Positions 10,183 through 18,907 of a DNA stretch of 64,000 nt are shown piece by piece (the stretch's first letter is position 1; the number at the start of each line of letters is the position of its first letter). The notes beneath the pieces are model-generated. The model was not told the origin of the DNA. It saw only the letters and a program-made list of their open reading frames with translations, and ran no database searches. The translations under genes and the position numbers were made by a program. This DNA comes from Gemmatimonadales bacterium (lineage in GTDB: Bacteria > Gemmatimonadota > Gemmatimonadetes > Gemmatimonadales > Gemmatimonadaceae), in the NCBI GenBank assembly GCA_038239265.1, contig JBBSEY010000001.1, positions 3,325-67,324 on the forward strand, given 5' to 3'.

Positions 10183-12144
10183 GTGAGACTCTCGATGCGT
10201 TGCACCGCGCTCGCGCTCGCAATCGCAGGCGGCACACTCGCCATTGGCGCGCAGGCGCCGCGGATCACGCCCTCGGGCGATCCCTCGGTAAAGAACGATA
10301 CGCTGTACAGCCTCGCTGTACGGCCGTCGGACTACGCCGATCAGTCGTTCGTCTACCTCCTCGACGATGGCGTCGTACGACTGGAGGCGGATGGAAGCGG
10401 GAGCCGGACCTATCGGCAGATCGTGCAGATTCTCACCCCCGAGGCCGCGGAGCGGTGGGGCGAGCAGTCGTTCGGATATTCCACGGACAAGGAGAAGTTC
10501 ACGCTCAACTGGGCGCGCGTCGTTCGCCCCGATGGCTCCGTCGTGAGCGACAAGCCGGTGCACGAGCAGGAATCGCTCGCGCCCGTTGCAATGGAGGCGC
10601 CGGTCTATTCCGACGAGAAGCTTCATCGCATCTCGCTCGGCGGCGTGGCCCCTGGAACTCTCGTGGACTTCAGCTACACCGTGCAGACGCTCAAGCCGAT
10701 CATCCCCGGCGACTTCTTCACGTCGTGGAGTGTGCAGACGGGACTGCTCACACGCCGTTCGCGGCTGATCGTGGACATGCCGGCTTCACTCACGCCGCGA
10801 ATCGAGGAGCACCACCTCGCGTTCGCGCGCAAGGAAGTGACGAGTGGCGGCCGGCGCGTCTACACGTGGGCCACGGCGGAAGTGGCGAAGCCGGAGCTCG
10901 AGCCGCTCGCGCCCGACTCGAGCTTCGGCCAGTCCCTCGTCATTGCTGCGCCGATCGCGTGGAGCAACATCGCCACCTGGTACGCCGCCCTCGCGAAGGG
11001 GCGCTACGCCCTTACGCCGCAGATCGAGCAGGCGCTGTCTCGCACGGTCGCCACCTCGAAGACACTCGACGATTCGATTCGAGCGGTACATCGATGGGTC
11101 GCACAGGACTTCCGCTACGTCTCACTCTCACTCGGGATCGCGGGCTTCCAGCCGCACGCGCCGACCGAGGTCTTCGCGAACAACTACGGCGACTGCAAGG
11201 ACAAGGCGACGTTCTTCGTCGCCATGATGCAGCGGATGGGCGTCACCGCGTACCCGGTGCTTCTGAGCAGCTTCGGTGGTGTGAACAGGACGCTGCCGAG
11301 CGGGCATCAGTTCAACCACATGATCGCAGCGGTCGATCGCGGCGGCCGTCGCACGTACGTCGATCTCACCGCGGACATCGTTCCATATGGCTCACTTCCG
11401 CCGCAGGAGCAGGGAGGCTTCGGGCTCGTCGTCCACCCCGATGGCACGCACGAAGAAATCACCTTCCCCACCGACCCATCCGCCGCCAACGTATCGGAGG
11501 TGCATCTCGTGGGCTCGCTCACGCCTGATGGATTGTTCAGCGGCAAGTGGGCGTGGCACGGATCGGGCGCACTGCAGTACGGAATGCGCGGCTCGATGTC
11601 GAAGTCGACGAAGCCTGACTCCGCCGAAACAGCGCGAGCAACGCTCGCGATCGCGAACTCGATCTTCGAGGGATCTGCCGGCGACAGCCTGAAGCTCTTC
11701 GACGGACGCGACCTGGGCGCGGATCCGCGCATCTCGGTGCTGATCCGTCATGGCAAGGCGGCATCCGACGCGGGAGGCACGGAGATCCTCACGATTCCGC
11801 TCAAGAGCTTCGCGGCACCGAACGTGATCGCGGCGCTCGAGGCGCGCGGCAAGCGAAAATATCCGATCGATGCAGCGAAGGTGTGGGGCCCTCGCACGGA
11901 GCTTGTCGATCTGAAGCTGACGCTCCCCGTCGGATGGAAGGCAAAGTTGCCGGCGAACGACTCGGCCTCGAGCGTCTTCGGCACGTACATCGCCTCGTAC
12001 GCGCAGAACGGGCAGGAGCTCTCTATCTCGCGCAGGATGACGGGAGTGGAGGGGGTGCAGCCGGCCGAGCAGAGCGGGGAGCTCTTGGGGTGGCTCAAGA
12101 AGCTGTCGGCGGACGACGCGAAGTACGTGATCCTCGAGCACTAG
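10183..12144 (+). CDS. DUF3857 / transglutaminase-like domain protein
   Basis: 653 aa with a signal peptide (ALAIAGGTLAIGAQA). The transglutaminase core cysteine motif NNYGDCKDKATFF is present, with downstream His/Asp. Confidence 0.8.
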   Translation: MRLSMRCTALALAIAGGTLAIGAQAPRITPSGDPSVKNDTLYSLAVRPSDYADQSFVYLLDDGVVRLEADGSGSRTYRQIVQILTPEAAERWGEQSFGYSTDKEKFTLNWARVVRPDGSVVSDKPVHEQESLAPVAMEAPVYSDEKLHRISLGGVAPGTLVDFSYTVQTLKPIIPGDFFTSWSVQTGLLTRRSRLIVDMPASLTPRIEEHHLAFARKEVTSGGRRVYTWATAEVAKPELEPLAPDSSFGQSLVIAAPIAWSNIATWYAALAKGRYALTPQIEQALSRTVATSKTLDDSIRAVHRWVAQDFRYVSLSLGIAGFQPHAPTEVFANNYGDCKDKATFFVAMMQRMGVTAYPVLLSSFGGVNRTLPSGHQFNHMIAAVDRGGRRTYVDLTADIVPYGSLPPQEQGGFGLVVHPDGTHEEITFPTDPSAANVSEVHLVGSLTPDGLFSGKWAWHGSGALQYGMRGSMSKSTKPDSAETARATLAIANSIFEGSAGDSLKLFDGRDLGADPRISVLIRHGKAASDAGGTEILTIPLKSFAAPNVIAALEARGKRKYPIDAAKVWGPRTELVDLKLTLPVGWKAKLPANDSASSVFGTYIASYAQNGQELSISRRMTGVEGVQPAEQSGELLGWLKKLSADDAKYVILEH

Positions 12145-12160
12145 CACGCGCCGAAGAGCG

Positions 12161-12829
12161 CTAGGGACGCTCCCTGGCGAGTCTTCCCAACACTTCGCGG
12201 TCGATGCGGTGACTTCCATTGAAGCTCACCTGCTCGATCGCGATCCCGCCCGCCGTGAGGCGCGCGTTCTGCTCGGCGAGCATCTCCGGCGTCGCGTGCT
12301 CGTCGGCGCTGCCGGCAATCGAGGTGAGCCTCGCGCCCCGCATCGCAGCCGCCGCGGTGAGATCGATGTCCGTGGGCGTGATGCCGCCCCAGAAGAGCGC
12401 GCGATCGACGCGAACGGTCGTGCGCTCGAGCCAGCGGGCGACGGTCGCGACGCCCTGCGAGAAGCCGAGCACCGTGAAGGTCGCGTGGGCGCCCTGCATC
12501 TGCGCACTGATGTGTGCGTGCAAGGCATCGAGATACTCGACGTAATCCTCGATGTCGCTGAGCCGATCCTCGCGCGTCATCCAGCTCGCCCCCACGTGGG
12601 TATCGGCGTGCGACTTCCCGGGGACCTCGACGTAGAACCGCGAGAGCGCCTCGGGGGCAACGATCATGCGGTGCGGCGCGTCGATGGACTCGAAGTGGCG
12701 CACGAAGCGGCCGGCGAGCTGACCGTAGCCATGCACGACGAACCAGAGTTCGGTCAACGAGGCACTCGGCTCCCCGATCGTGAAGTAGCGCGCGGTGCGC
12801 GAAACGGGGAGATGGTGTTCTCGTCGCAT
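12161..12829 (-). CDS. alpha/beta hydrolase (phospholipase/carboxylesterase family)
   Basis: 222 aa with the nucleophile elbow GFSQG and the HGYGQ motif near the N-terminus. Confidence 0.75.
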   Translation of the reverse strand: MRREHHLPVSRTARYFTIGEPSASLTELWFVVHGYGQLAGRFVRHFESIDAPHRMIVAPEALSRFYVEVPGKSHADTHVGASWMTREDRLSDIEDYVEYLDALHAHISAQMQGAHATFTVLGFSQGVATVARWLERTTVRVDRALFWGGITPTDIDLTAAAAMRGARLTSIAGSADEHATPEMLAEQNARLTAGGIAIEQVSFNGSHRIDREVLGRLARERP

Positions 12830-12906
12830 GGGGAAGAGTGGTCGCTTGCGAAGAACGCGTCAACAGGCGGGCTACCGCAGCACGCTCGCGATGGCGAGAC
12901 TTCCGC

Positions 12907-14103
12907 ATGCGATTGAACCGCATTTCGGCGCGCAGCTGGCTGCTCGCCCTCTACGTTCTCACGATCGTGATCGTCGCCATCGGCAAGGCGTACGGACACC
13001 GCGGCCCCGACAACAACTTCGTGATCTTCCGCTGGTCCTTCCTGAATCTTTCGGCGGGCGCGGACATGTACGCGGCACAGCCCCAGCACCATACGGATCT
13101 CTACAAATACAGCCCGAGCTTTGCCGCGCTGTTCGCACCCTTCGCGCTGATCCCGTTTGCGCTGTCGCTCGCGCTCTGGAATGCGCTCAACGCGCTGCTT
13201 CTCTTTGCGGCCGTCGACAAGCTCCTTCCGAGTCGCCAGGCAGCCATCGCGCTCGCGCTCATCTATCTCGAGGTGCTGCGCTCGATGCAGCGCTCGCAGA
13301 GCAACTCGCTGGTCACGGCGCTCGTGATCCTCGCCTTCCTCGCCTTCGAGCACCGCAAGCAGTTCGGCGCCGCATTCGCGATAGCCATTGGCGCGGCGGT
13401 GAAGATCTTCCCGCTCGCGGCACTGGCGCTCGCGATCTTCTATCGCAGGCGCTCGCGCTTCGCGCTCATCATGGCGCTCGCCATGCTCGTGGTGCTCGCG
13501 CTTCCGCTGCTCGTGGTGTCGCCGAGCGGGCTCGCCGCACAGTACGCCTCATGGCGTGCCGTCGAGGCGGCCGATGCGCTCTCGGTTGGTGGAGGCGGGG
13601 GCGGCGGACTCTATGGCGGCGTGATGCAGCAGCTGCGGCTGATCTTCGGCGTAAGCTGGCCAAACTGGCCTGTGCAGCTCGCCGGGACGATCCTCCTCAT
13701 GTCGCCGCTGGCCCGCTGGCAGAGCTGGGCATTCGCCGGTTTTCGACTGCGCTTTCTGTGCGCGCTGCTCGTGTACATGGTGATCTTCAACCACCAGTCC
13801 GAGTCGCCGTCGTTCGTGATCGCGGTGACCGGGATCGCGATCTGGTTTGTGATGACGCCGCGCAGCTGGTGGCACACTACGCTGATGGTGCTCACGATTC
13901 TGATGGTCTCGATCTCGTCGACCGACATCACGCCGAAGAGCTGGCAGCGAGACTTTTTCGTGCACTACAGGCTCAAGACCATCCCCTGCACACTCGCGTG
14001 GCTCACCATGATGTGGGAGCTCCTCGCCTATCGCCCGTCAGAGCGCGGCGAAGCTCACGAGCTCGATGTCGCCGCGACGGAGCCGCTCGCGCAGGCCGGC
14101 TGA
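12907..14103 (+). CDS. GT87/DUF2029-like polytopic membrane glycosyltransferase
   Basis: About 10 predicted TM helices. The early loop KYSPSFAALFAPF is typical of DUF2029 mannosyltransferase-like proteins. The start choice (ATG 12907, MRLNRISARS) is uncertain; the ORF opens at 12838. Confidence 0.6.
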   Translation: MRLNRISARSWLLALYVLTIVIVAIGKAYGHRGPDNNFVIFRWSFLNLSAGADMYAAQPQHHTDLYKYSPSFAALFAPFALIPFALSLALWNALNALLLFAAVDKLLPSRQAAIALALIYLEVLRSMQRSQSNSLVTALVILAFLAFEHRKQFGAAFAIAIGAAVKIFPLAALALAIFYRRRSRFALIMALAMLVVLALPLLVVSPSGLAAQYASWRAVEAADALSVGGGGGGGLYGGVMQQLRLIFGVSWPNWPVQLAGTILLMSPLARWQSWAFAGFRLRFLCALLVYMVIFNHQSESPSFVIAVTGIAIWFVMTPRSWWHTTLMVLTILMVSISSTDITPKSWQRDFFVHYRLKTIPCTLAWLTMMWELLAYRPSERGEAHELDVAATEPLAQAG

Positions 14104-14886
14104 AAGGAGCTCGGCAAGCTCGACCTCTCGAGGCGCCGTGTATGGATCCTGGGCGGCGAGCGATTCGTCGACGTGCCCCGGGTGCACCATGAGCTCCGTG
14201 CTCCCGGGCTCGAGCGTGTCGAGCGTGCGGCGCAGCCGGCTCGCGAAGTGCCTGCCGCCCTGCAGCGAGATGCCGCGAAAGTGGTCCGTCGTCGAGAGGG
14301 GAGCAGCGAGTGGCATCGCGCGCGCGGCCGCGAGCGCCATTCCGAGCGCGAGCTTCCGCGACGCCGCGGCGGCGTCCAGCGGGTTGATCCCCAACGGCTC
14401 GCGCGGAATCCGGATCGCACGTATCCCAGTCTCGATCGCCACGCGCTGGACGATCGGGAAAATTCCGGGCATCACGTGCGAGTGCCGATGGCTGTCGAGA
14501 TGCGTCACGACGATCCCCACCCCGCGCACCCGCTCGATTTGCGCGCGCGTCTCCGCTTCGAGCTCGCCCGCGTCGACGCGCCCGAGCATCGCGCGCCGCG
14601 AGAGCGCGCCCAGCGAGTAGAACTCCGACGTCGCCGGGTCGGTGAGCGAGGGCACGCGCAGGAGCGGTCGCCCCTGCACGAGATTGAGATGAACTCCGAC
14701 GCCGAGCGACCGATTCCCCCGCGCACACCGCACGGCGTTCTCCCAGTCCATGCCGTTCGCCATGATCGACGTCGACGTCACGCTCCCCGCCGCGTGCGCC
14801 TCGACGATTCCGCGGGTCACGCCGCTCGAGAAGCCGAAATCGTCGGCATTGATGATGAGCCGCCTGCGCTCAGGCGTAGCGGCCAC
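14038..14886 (-). CDS. ChbG/HpnK (YdjC-like) carbohydrate deacetylase
   Basis: 282 aa with the N-terminal INADDFGFS motif and the HLDSHRHSH metal/His motif of the YdjC family. Confidence 0.85.
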   Translation of the reverse strand: MAATPERRRLIINADDFGFSSGVTRGIVEAHAAGSVTSTSIMANGMDWENAVRCARGNRSLGVGVHLNLVQGRPLLRVPSLTDPATSEFYSLGALSRRAMLGRVDAGELEAETRAQIERVRGVGIVVTHLDSHRHSHVMPGIFPIVQRVAIETGIRAIRIPREPLGINPLDAAAASRKLALGMALAAARAMPLAAPLSTTDHFRGISLQGGRHFASRLRRTLDTLEPGSTELMVHPGHVDESLAAQDPYTAPREVELAELLSAGLRERLRRGDIELVSFAAL

Positions 14887-15640
14887 GCCGGTCGTTGCGC
14901 CTGATTCGCACGAGGTCGCGAATCATCGTCATCGCGTCCTCCGCGAAACGCACGGTCGTCGGTTCCTCGTCGTAGCGGAAGAACACCGCAGTCTGCGCGA
15001 GCGAGAGGTCGTGCTTCTTCGCGATGAACAGTGCCTCGACATCGAAGCCGAAACCGGGAATCGTAACGCGCGGGAAGACGATCTCGGCGGCATGCGCCGT
15101 GAAGCCCTTGAGCCCGGCCTGCGTATCGAGCACCCCCGGGATGAGCGTCCAGCGCACCATGGCGTTGAACACGCGGCTCATCACGTGACGCGTATACAGA
15201 TAGGAGAAGAAGGTCGGGCTCATGAGGTAGCGCGACTCGGCCAACACCCGGCACGCGATGGCGACGTCGGCACCGCCCTCGAGCGCCGCGAGGATCTTTC
15301 CAACCTCGCTCGCGGGATAGGCGAGATCGGCGTCGGTGAACACTCGGTAGTTGCCGACGGCAGCACGCATCCCGCGCGTGACGGCGTGTCCCTTGCCGCG
15401 GTTCTCGTCGTTCCGTATCAGCCGTACCTCCGGCAACGTGCCAGCGAACTCCTCGAGGATGGCACGCGTCTCTGCGTTGCTGCAATCGTCGACGAGAATG
15501 AGCTCCCACGCGTACGACTGCGCGCGGAGGAAGGCGCGCAGCTGCTCGAGACTGGACGGAAGGCGCTCCGCCCCGTTGTACACGGGGACGATGAGCGAGA
15601 GGTGAGGGGCGGCGGGCACCGGAACTCCGCTCGAGCTCAT
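14870..15640 (-). CDS. GT2-family glycosyltransferase (polyprenyl-phosphate sugar synthase-like)
   Basis: 256 aa with LSLIVPVYNG, DDCSNAET and the TDADL (DxD) motif. It overlaps the YdjC-like gene by 17 nt. Confidence 0.85.
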   Translation of the reverse strand: MSSSGVPVPAAPHLSLIVPVYNGAERLPSSLEQLRAFLRAQSYAWELILVDDCSNAETRAILEEFAGTLPEVRLIRNDENRGKGHAVTRGMRAAVGNYRVFTDADLAYPASEVGKILAALEGGADVAIACRVLAESRYLMSPTFFSYLYTRHVMSRVFNAMVRWTLIPGVLDTQAGLKGFTAHAAEIVFPRVTIPGFGFDVEALFIAKKHDLSLAQTAVFFRYDEEPTTVRFAEDAMTMIRDLVRIRRNDRRGRYA

Positions 15641-16824
15641 GCGGCCTGCGGGCGTCCGCGAAGGCGCGCTGCCAGCCTTTGCGGCCAGTCACGCTCCATG
15701 CAGGGGCGCTCGATGAGCGCAAAGTACGCTCCGCACACGAGCATGACCGGCGGAACGATGATCGCGGTCTGAATCAGCAGATGCACCCACTGCGCCGAGC
15801 CCGAGCCGATCGCGAGCGTGTGACGGCCGATGATCGAGATCAGCGGGAAATGCAGGAGATAGATGGAGTAGCACATCCCGCCGATCGTGGCGACGAACGG
15901 AGTGCCGAGCGCGCGCGAGGTGATCGTCCCGCGAAAGGCCGCGCAGAAGAGTACGAATGCGAGGGCGATGAAGGTTCCGGGATAGGCGACATCCTGCATC
16001 CAGAGCATCGCCAGCGCGGGCCAGCCCACCAGCGACACCGCGTCCCATCCGAGGGAGTGCGAGGGCTTCCCCTTCCAGTCCGTGACGTAGAGATCAGCGA
16101 CGAGAAAGCCGCACAGAAAGAACTGGAGAAAGCCGACGACGGAGAGTGGAACCCATGGGGCAGGGGAGAGCCAGCCTTGCACGGCGAGCACGAGGGCGGC
16201 GCCCGCGATGATCACTCCGCGTCGCACCCATCGATCGCGTATCGTGAAGACGTACGCGAGAAACGGGGCGAGGATATAGAACTGCACCTCGATCTCGAGC
16301 GACCAGGCGACCACGTTGATGGTGCTGGGAATGCCGTACACGATGTTGTGCACGTAGCCGAGACTCGCGGCGAGATGTGGCAGAAGCGGGGCGCGCGCCG
16401 CGCCGGTGAGCGCGAGCGCCGCCGTGAGGCCGAGCATCGCGATGATGTACGGCGGCTCGAGACGCGTGAGCCTGCGGATGAAGTAGGCGCGGAGCTTCAC
16501 CGGCGGCCGGCTGCCGAGGTAGTGCGCTGCGAACGGAAGAGCGAGTACGAAGCCGCTGATGATGAAGAAGAGATGCACGCCATAGTGCCCCGTCGCGGCG
16601 AAGCGATCGAGCCAGTCCTCGTTCGCCCTGTTACCAGCCGGGATCCGGAATTTGGTAGTGATGTAATCGTGCACGTGAAAAAAGACGACGAGCGCGATCG
16701 CGACGAAGCGCAGACCGTCGACCTCCGCAATGAAGCGTCCCGACGTCGTGCGCCGGCGGAGATGCTTGAGCCAGTCCGGCCAGCGGCGCTCCTCCTCGCG
16801 AGGGGCGTGGGTGGCGTCCGTCAA
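15637..16824 (-). CDS. acyltransferase family 3 (OafA-like) membrane protein
   Basis: 395 aa with about 10 TM helices and the N-terminal motif LRFVAIALVVFFHV. It has 4-nt overlaps on both sides. Confidence 0.8.
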   Translation of the reverse strand: MTDATHAPREEERRWPDWLKHLRRRTTSGRFIAEVDGLRFVAIALVVFFHVHDYITTKFRIPAGNRANEDWLDRFAATGHYGVHLFFIISGFVLALPFAAHYLGSRPPVKLRAYFIRRLTRLEPPYIIAMLGLTAALALTGAARAPLLPHLAASLGYVHNIVYGIPSTINVVAWSLEIEVQFYILAPFLAYVFTIRDRWVRRGVIIAGAALVLAVQGWLSPAPWVPLSVVGFLQFFLCGFLVADLYVTDWKGKPSHSLGWDAVSLVGWPALAMLWMQDVAYPGTFIALAFVLFCAAFRGTITSRALGTPFVATIGGMCYSIYLLHFPLISIIGRHTLAIGSGSAQWVHLLIQTAIIVPPVMLVCGAYFALIERPCMERDWPQRLAARLRGRPQAA

Positions 16825-17921
16825 CGCGTGCGGAGGCAGATAGTTGACAAAGTCAACGAATCGCTCTCGTCGAGGGAATGGAGGGTTGTCGACTCGCCAT
16901 TCCGTAAGATGGCGAGGCGAGGGCGACAGCGCGCGGGCAGCCTTGTCACGGCCGCGCGCAGCGTGTCGACGGCCTCGCTCTCTCCGTCGTCACCCAGCTC
17001 GAACGTTCCCCAGTGAATCGGAACCACGGTCGCACTCCGCGTCTCGAGTGCGGCGCGCACCGCATCATCCGGGCTGAGATGCTTGCGTGCCATGTACCAC
17101 CGCGGCCGAAACGGCGCGATCGGCAGGAGCGCCAGCGTGAACCGGCTCCAGCGCGCGTGAAGCTCCGCGTACATCCGCCCCCACCCCGTGTCGCCCGCGA
17201 AGTACACGGTGTCGCGCGCGCCCTCGATCACGAACCCCTCCCACAGCCGCTCGTAACGATCGGCCAGCGAGCGCCCCGACCAGTGGCGGGCGGGCACCGC
17301 CGTCACGCGCACTCCCGCTCCCAGCGGGGCGCTCTGCCACCAGTCCAGCTGCTCCGCGCCCGGCACTCCCTTCGACGCGAGATATCCGGGATTGCCGAGC
17401 CCCGTGATGATGCGCGGATGATACCGCCGCTGCAATCGCTGCAGCGTTTGCAGATCCATGTGATCGTAGTGATCGTGGCTGATCAGAACGATGTCGATCG
17501 GCGGGAGCGAGTCGAAGGGAATTCCCGGTGGGCGATGCCGCCGCACGCCGATCCTCCCCTCCAGCCCCACGCGCTCCGACCACACCGGATCCGTGAGGAT
17601 GTTCAGCGAATCGAGCTGCAGCAGCACCGTGGCATGGTTCACCATCGTCACGCGCATCTCGCGGCCGCCTACCCGAGCGGGAGGCGCGGGCGCTGCAATC
17701 GCGCTGCTGTCGGGCCACGCACCGCGGTGCCGCGAGAGCTGCCAGCGCGTGAGCTCCGCCGGCTGCTGTTCCTCGAACGGCTCCTCGTTGAAGAATCGAT
17801 GGCCATCGAAGTGCTCGCTGCGCGCCCCTCGATACCCGGGGAGGATCGCCGCACTGCACGCCGCGAGCACGAGCGAGATGGCTACCGCACCCGGCGCCCG
17901 GGCGGCGCGCACGATTCTCAC
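16821..17921 (-). CDS. MBL-fold metallo-hydrolase
   Basis: GTG at 17921 overlaps the upstream TGA (GTGA). The signal/anchor is AVAISLVLAACSA and the HxHxDH motif is ISHDHYDHMD. The 124 upstream codons of the listed ORF lie inside the neighbouring gene and are Arg-rich. Confidence 0.75.
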   Translation of the reverse strand: MRIVRAARAPGAVAISLVLAACSAAILPGYRGARSEHFDGHRFFNEEPFEEQQPAELTRWQLSRHRGAWPDSSAIAAPAPPARVGGREMRVTMVNHATVLLQLDSLNILTDPVWSERVGLEGRIGVRRHRPPGIPFDSLPPIDIVLISHDHYDHMDLQTLQRLQRRYHPRIITGLGNPGYLASKGVPGAEQLDWWQSAPLGAGVRVTAVPARHWSGRSLADRYERLWEGFVIEGARDTVYFAGDTGWGRMYAELHARWSRFTLALLPIAPFRPRWYMARKHLSPDDAVRAALETRSATVVPIHWGTFELGDDGESEAVDTLRAAVTRLPARCRPRLAILRNGESTTLHSLDESDSLTLSTICLRTR

Positions 17922-18907
17922 CCGACGCGCAGCACGATCTTTCCGACGGTCTCGTTGGACTCGAGCCGCGTGTGTGCCGCGCGCACGTCTGCGAGCTCGA
18001 ACTGACGATCGACGACGGGGCGCACGATTCCCCGCGCGAGCAGCGGCACCACCTGCTCCTCGAACGCGCGCGTCGCCGCGATCTTCTCCTCGAGCGCCCG
18101 GTTGCGCAGCATCGTCCCGCGGATCGTGATGCGCGACGCGAGCACGCGGCCGAGCGGTATCTGCGCCTCGCGCCCCGCGATGGTGCCGATCACCATGAGC
18201 CGGCCGAGGGGCGCCATGACTTCGATGCTCGCGGGGAAGTAGGCGCCGCCGACCAGATCGAGGACGACGTTCATTCCGCGCCCGCCACTCCACCGCTTCG
18301 CGTGCATCGCGAGGTCGCTCAAGTCACTTGTCGCCGCCCATCCATCCTCGAGTCCGAGCTCCTTCGCGCTCTCGATCTTCCCCTTCCCGCGCGCGGTGCC
18401 GAACGGGACGGCTCCAACCGCGCGCACGAGTTGCACCGCCGCGAGACCGACGCCGCTCGCCACGGCGTGGATCAACACCGTCTCCGAGGCGCGCAGCGAC
18501 GCCTGCGTCACCAGCGCGTCGTGCGCGGTGATGAACGCTTCCGGCACCGCGGCCGCATCGAGGTAGCTCATTTCGCGGGGGATCTCCGCGAGCAGCCGCT
18601 CGTGCGAAACGAGATACTCGGCGTACGCGCCGCCACCGACGATGCCGAACACACGCTGTCCAACCTTCCAGCGGGTGACATCGCGGCCGACCTCCGCGAC
18701 CTCGCCGGCAAACTCCATTCCCGGGATATCCGCGGGCACGCCGGCAGGCGCCGGGTAGCGCCCTTCGCGCTGCATGAGGTCCGCGCGGTTGAGCGCGGTC
18801 GCGTGCACGCGCACGAGCACCTGGCCGAGCGATGGCTCGGGGCGCGCGACCTCTCGGAGCTCGAGCACATCGACGCCGCCGGGGGCGGTGATCACGACGG
18901 CTCTCAT
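17918..18907 (-). CDS. NAD(P)H:quinone oxidoreductase (MDR/zeta-crystallin, PIG3-like)
   Basis: 329 aa with the medium-chain reductase fold pattern and the nucleotide site AVASGVGLAAVQL. Confidence 0.85.
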   Translation of the reverse strand: MRAVVITAPGGVDVLELREVARPEPSLGQVLVRVHATALNRADLMQREGRYPAPAGVPADIPGMEFAGEVAEVGRDVTRWKVGQRVFGIVGGGAYAEYLVSHERLLAEIPREMSYLDAAAVPEAFITAHDALVTQASLRASETVLIHAVASGVGLAAVQLVRAVGAVPFGTARGKGKIESAKELGLEDGWAATSDLSDLAMHAKRWSGGRGMNVVLDLVGGAYFPASIEVMAPLGRLMVIGTIAGREAQIPLGRVLASRITIRGTMLRNRALEEKIAATRAFEEQVVPLLARGIVRPVVDRQFELADVRAAHTRLESNETVGKIVLRVG

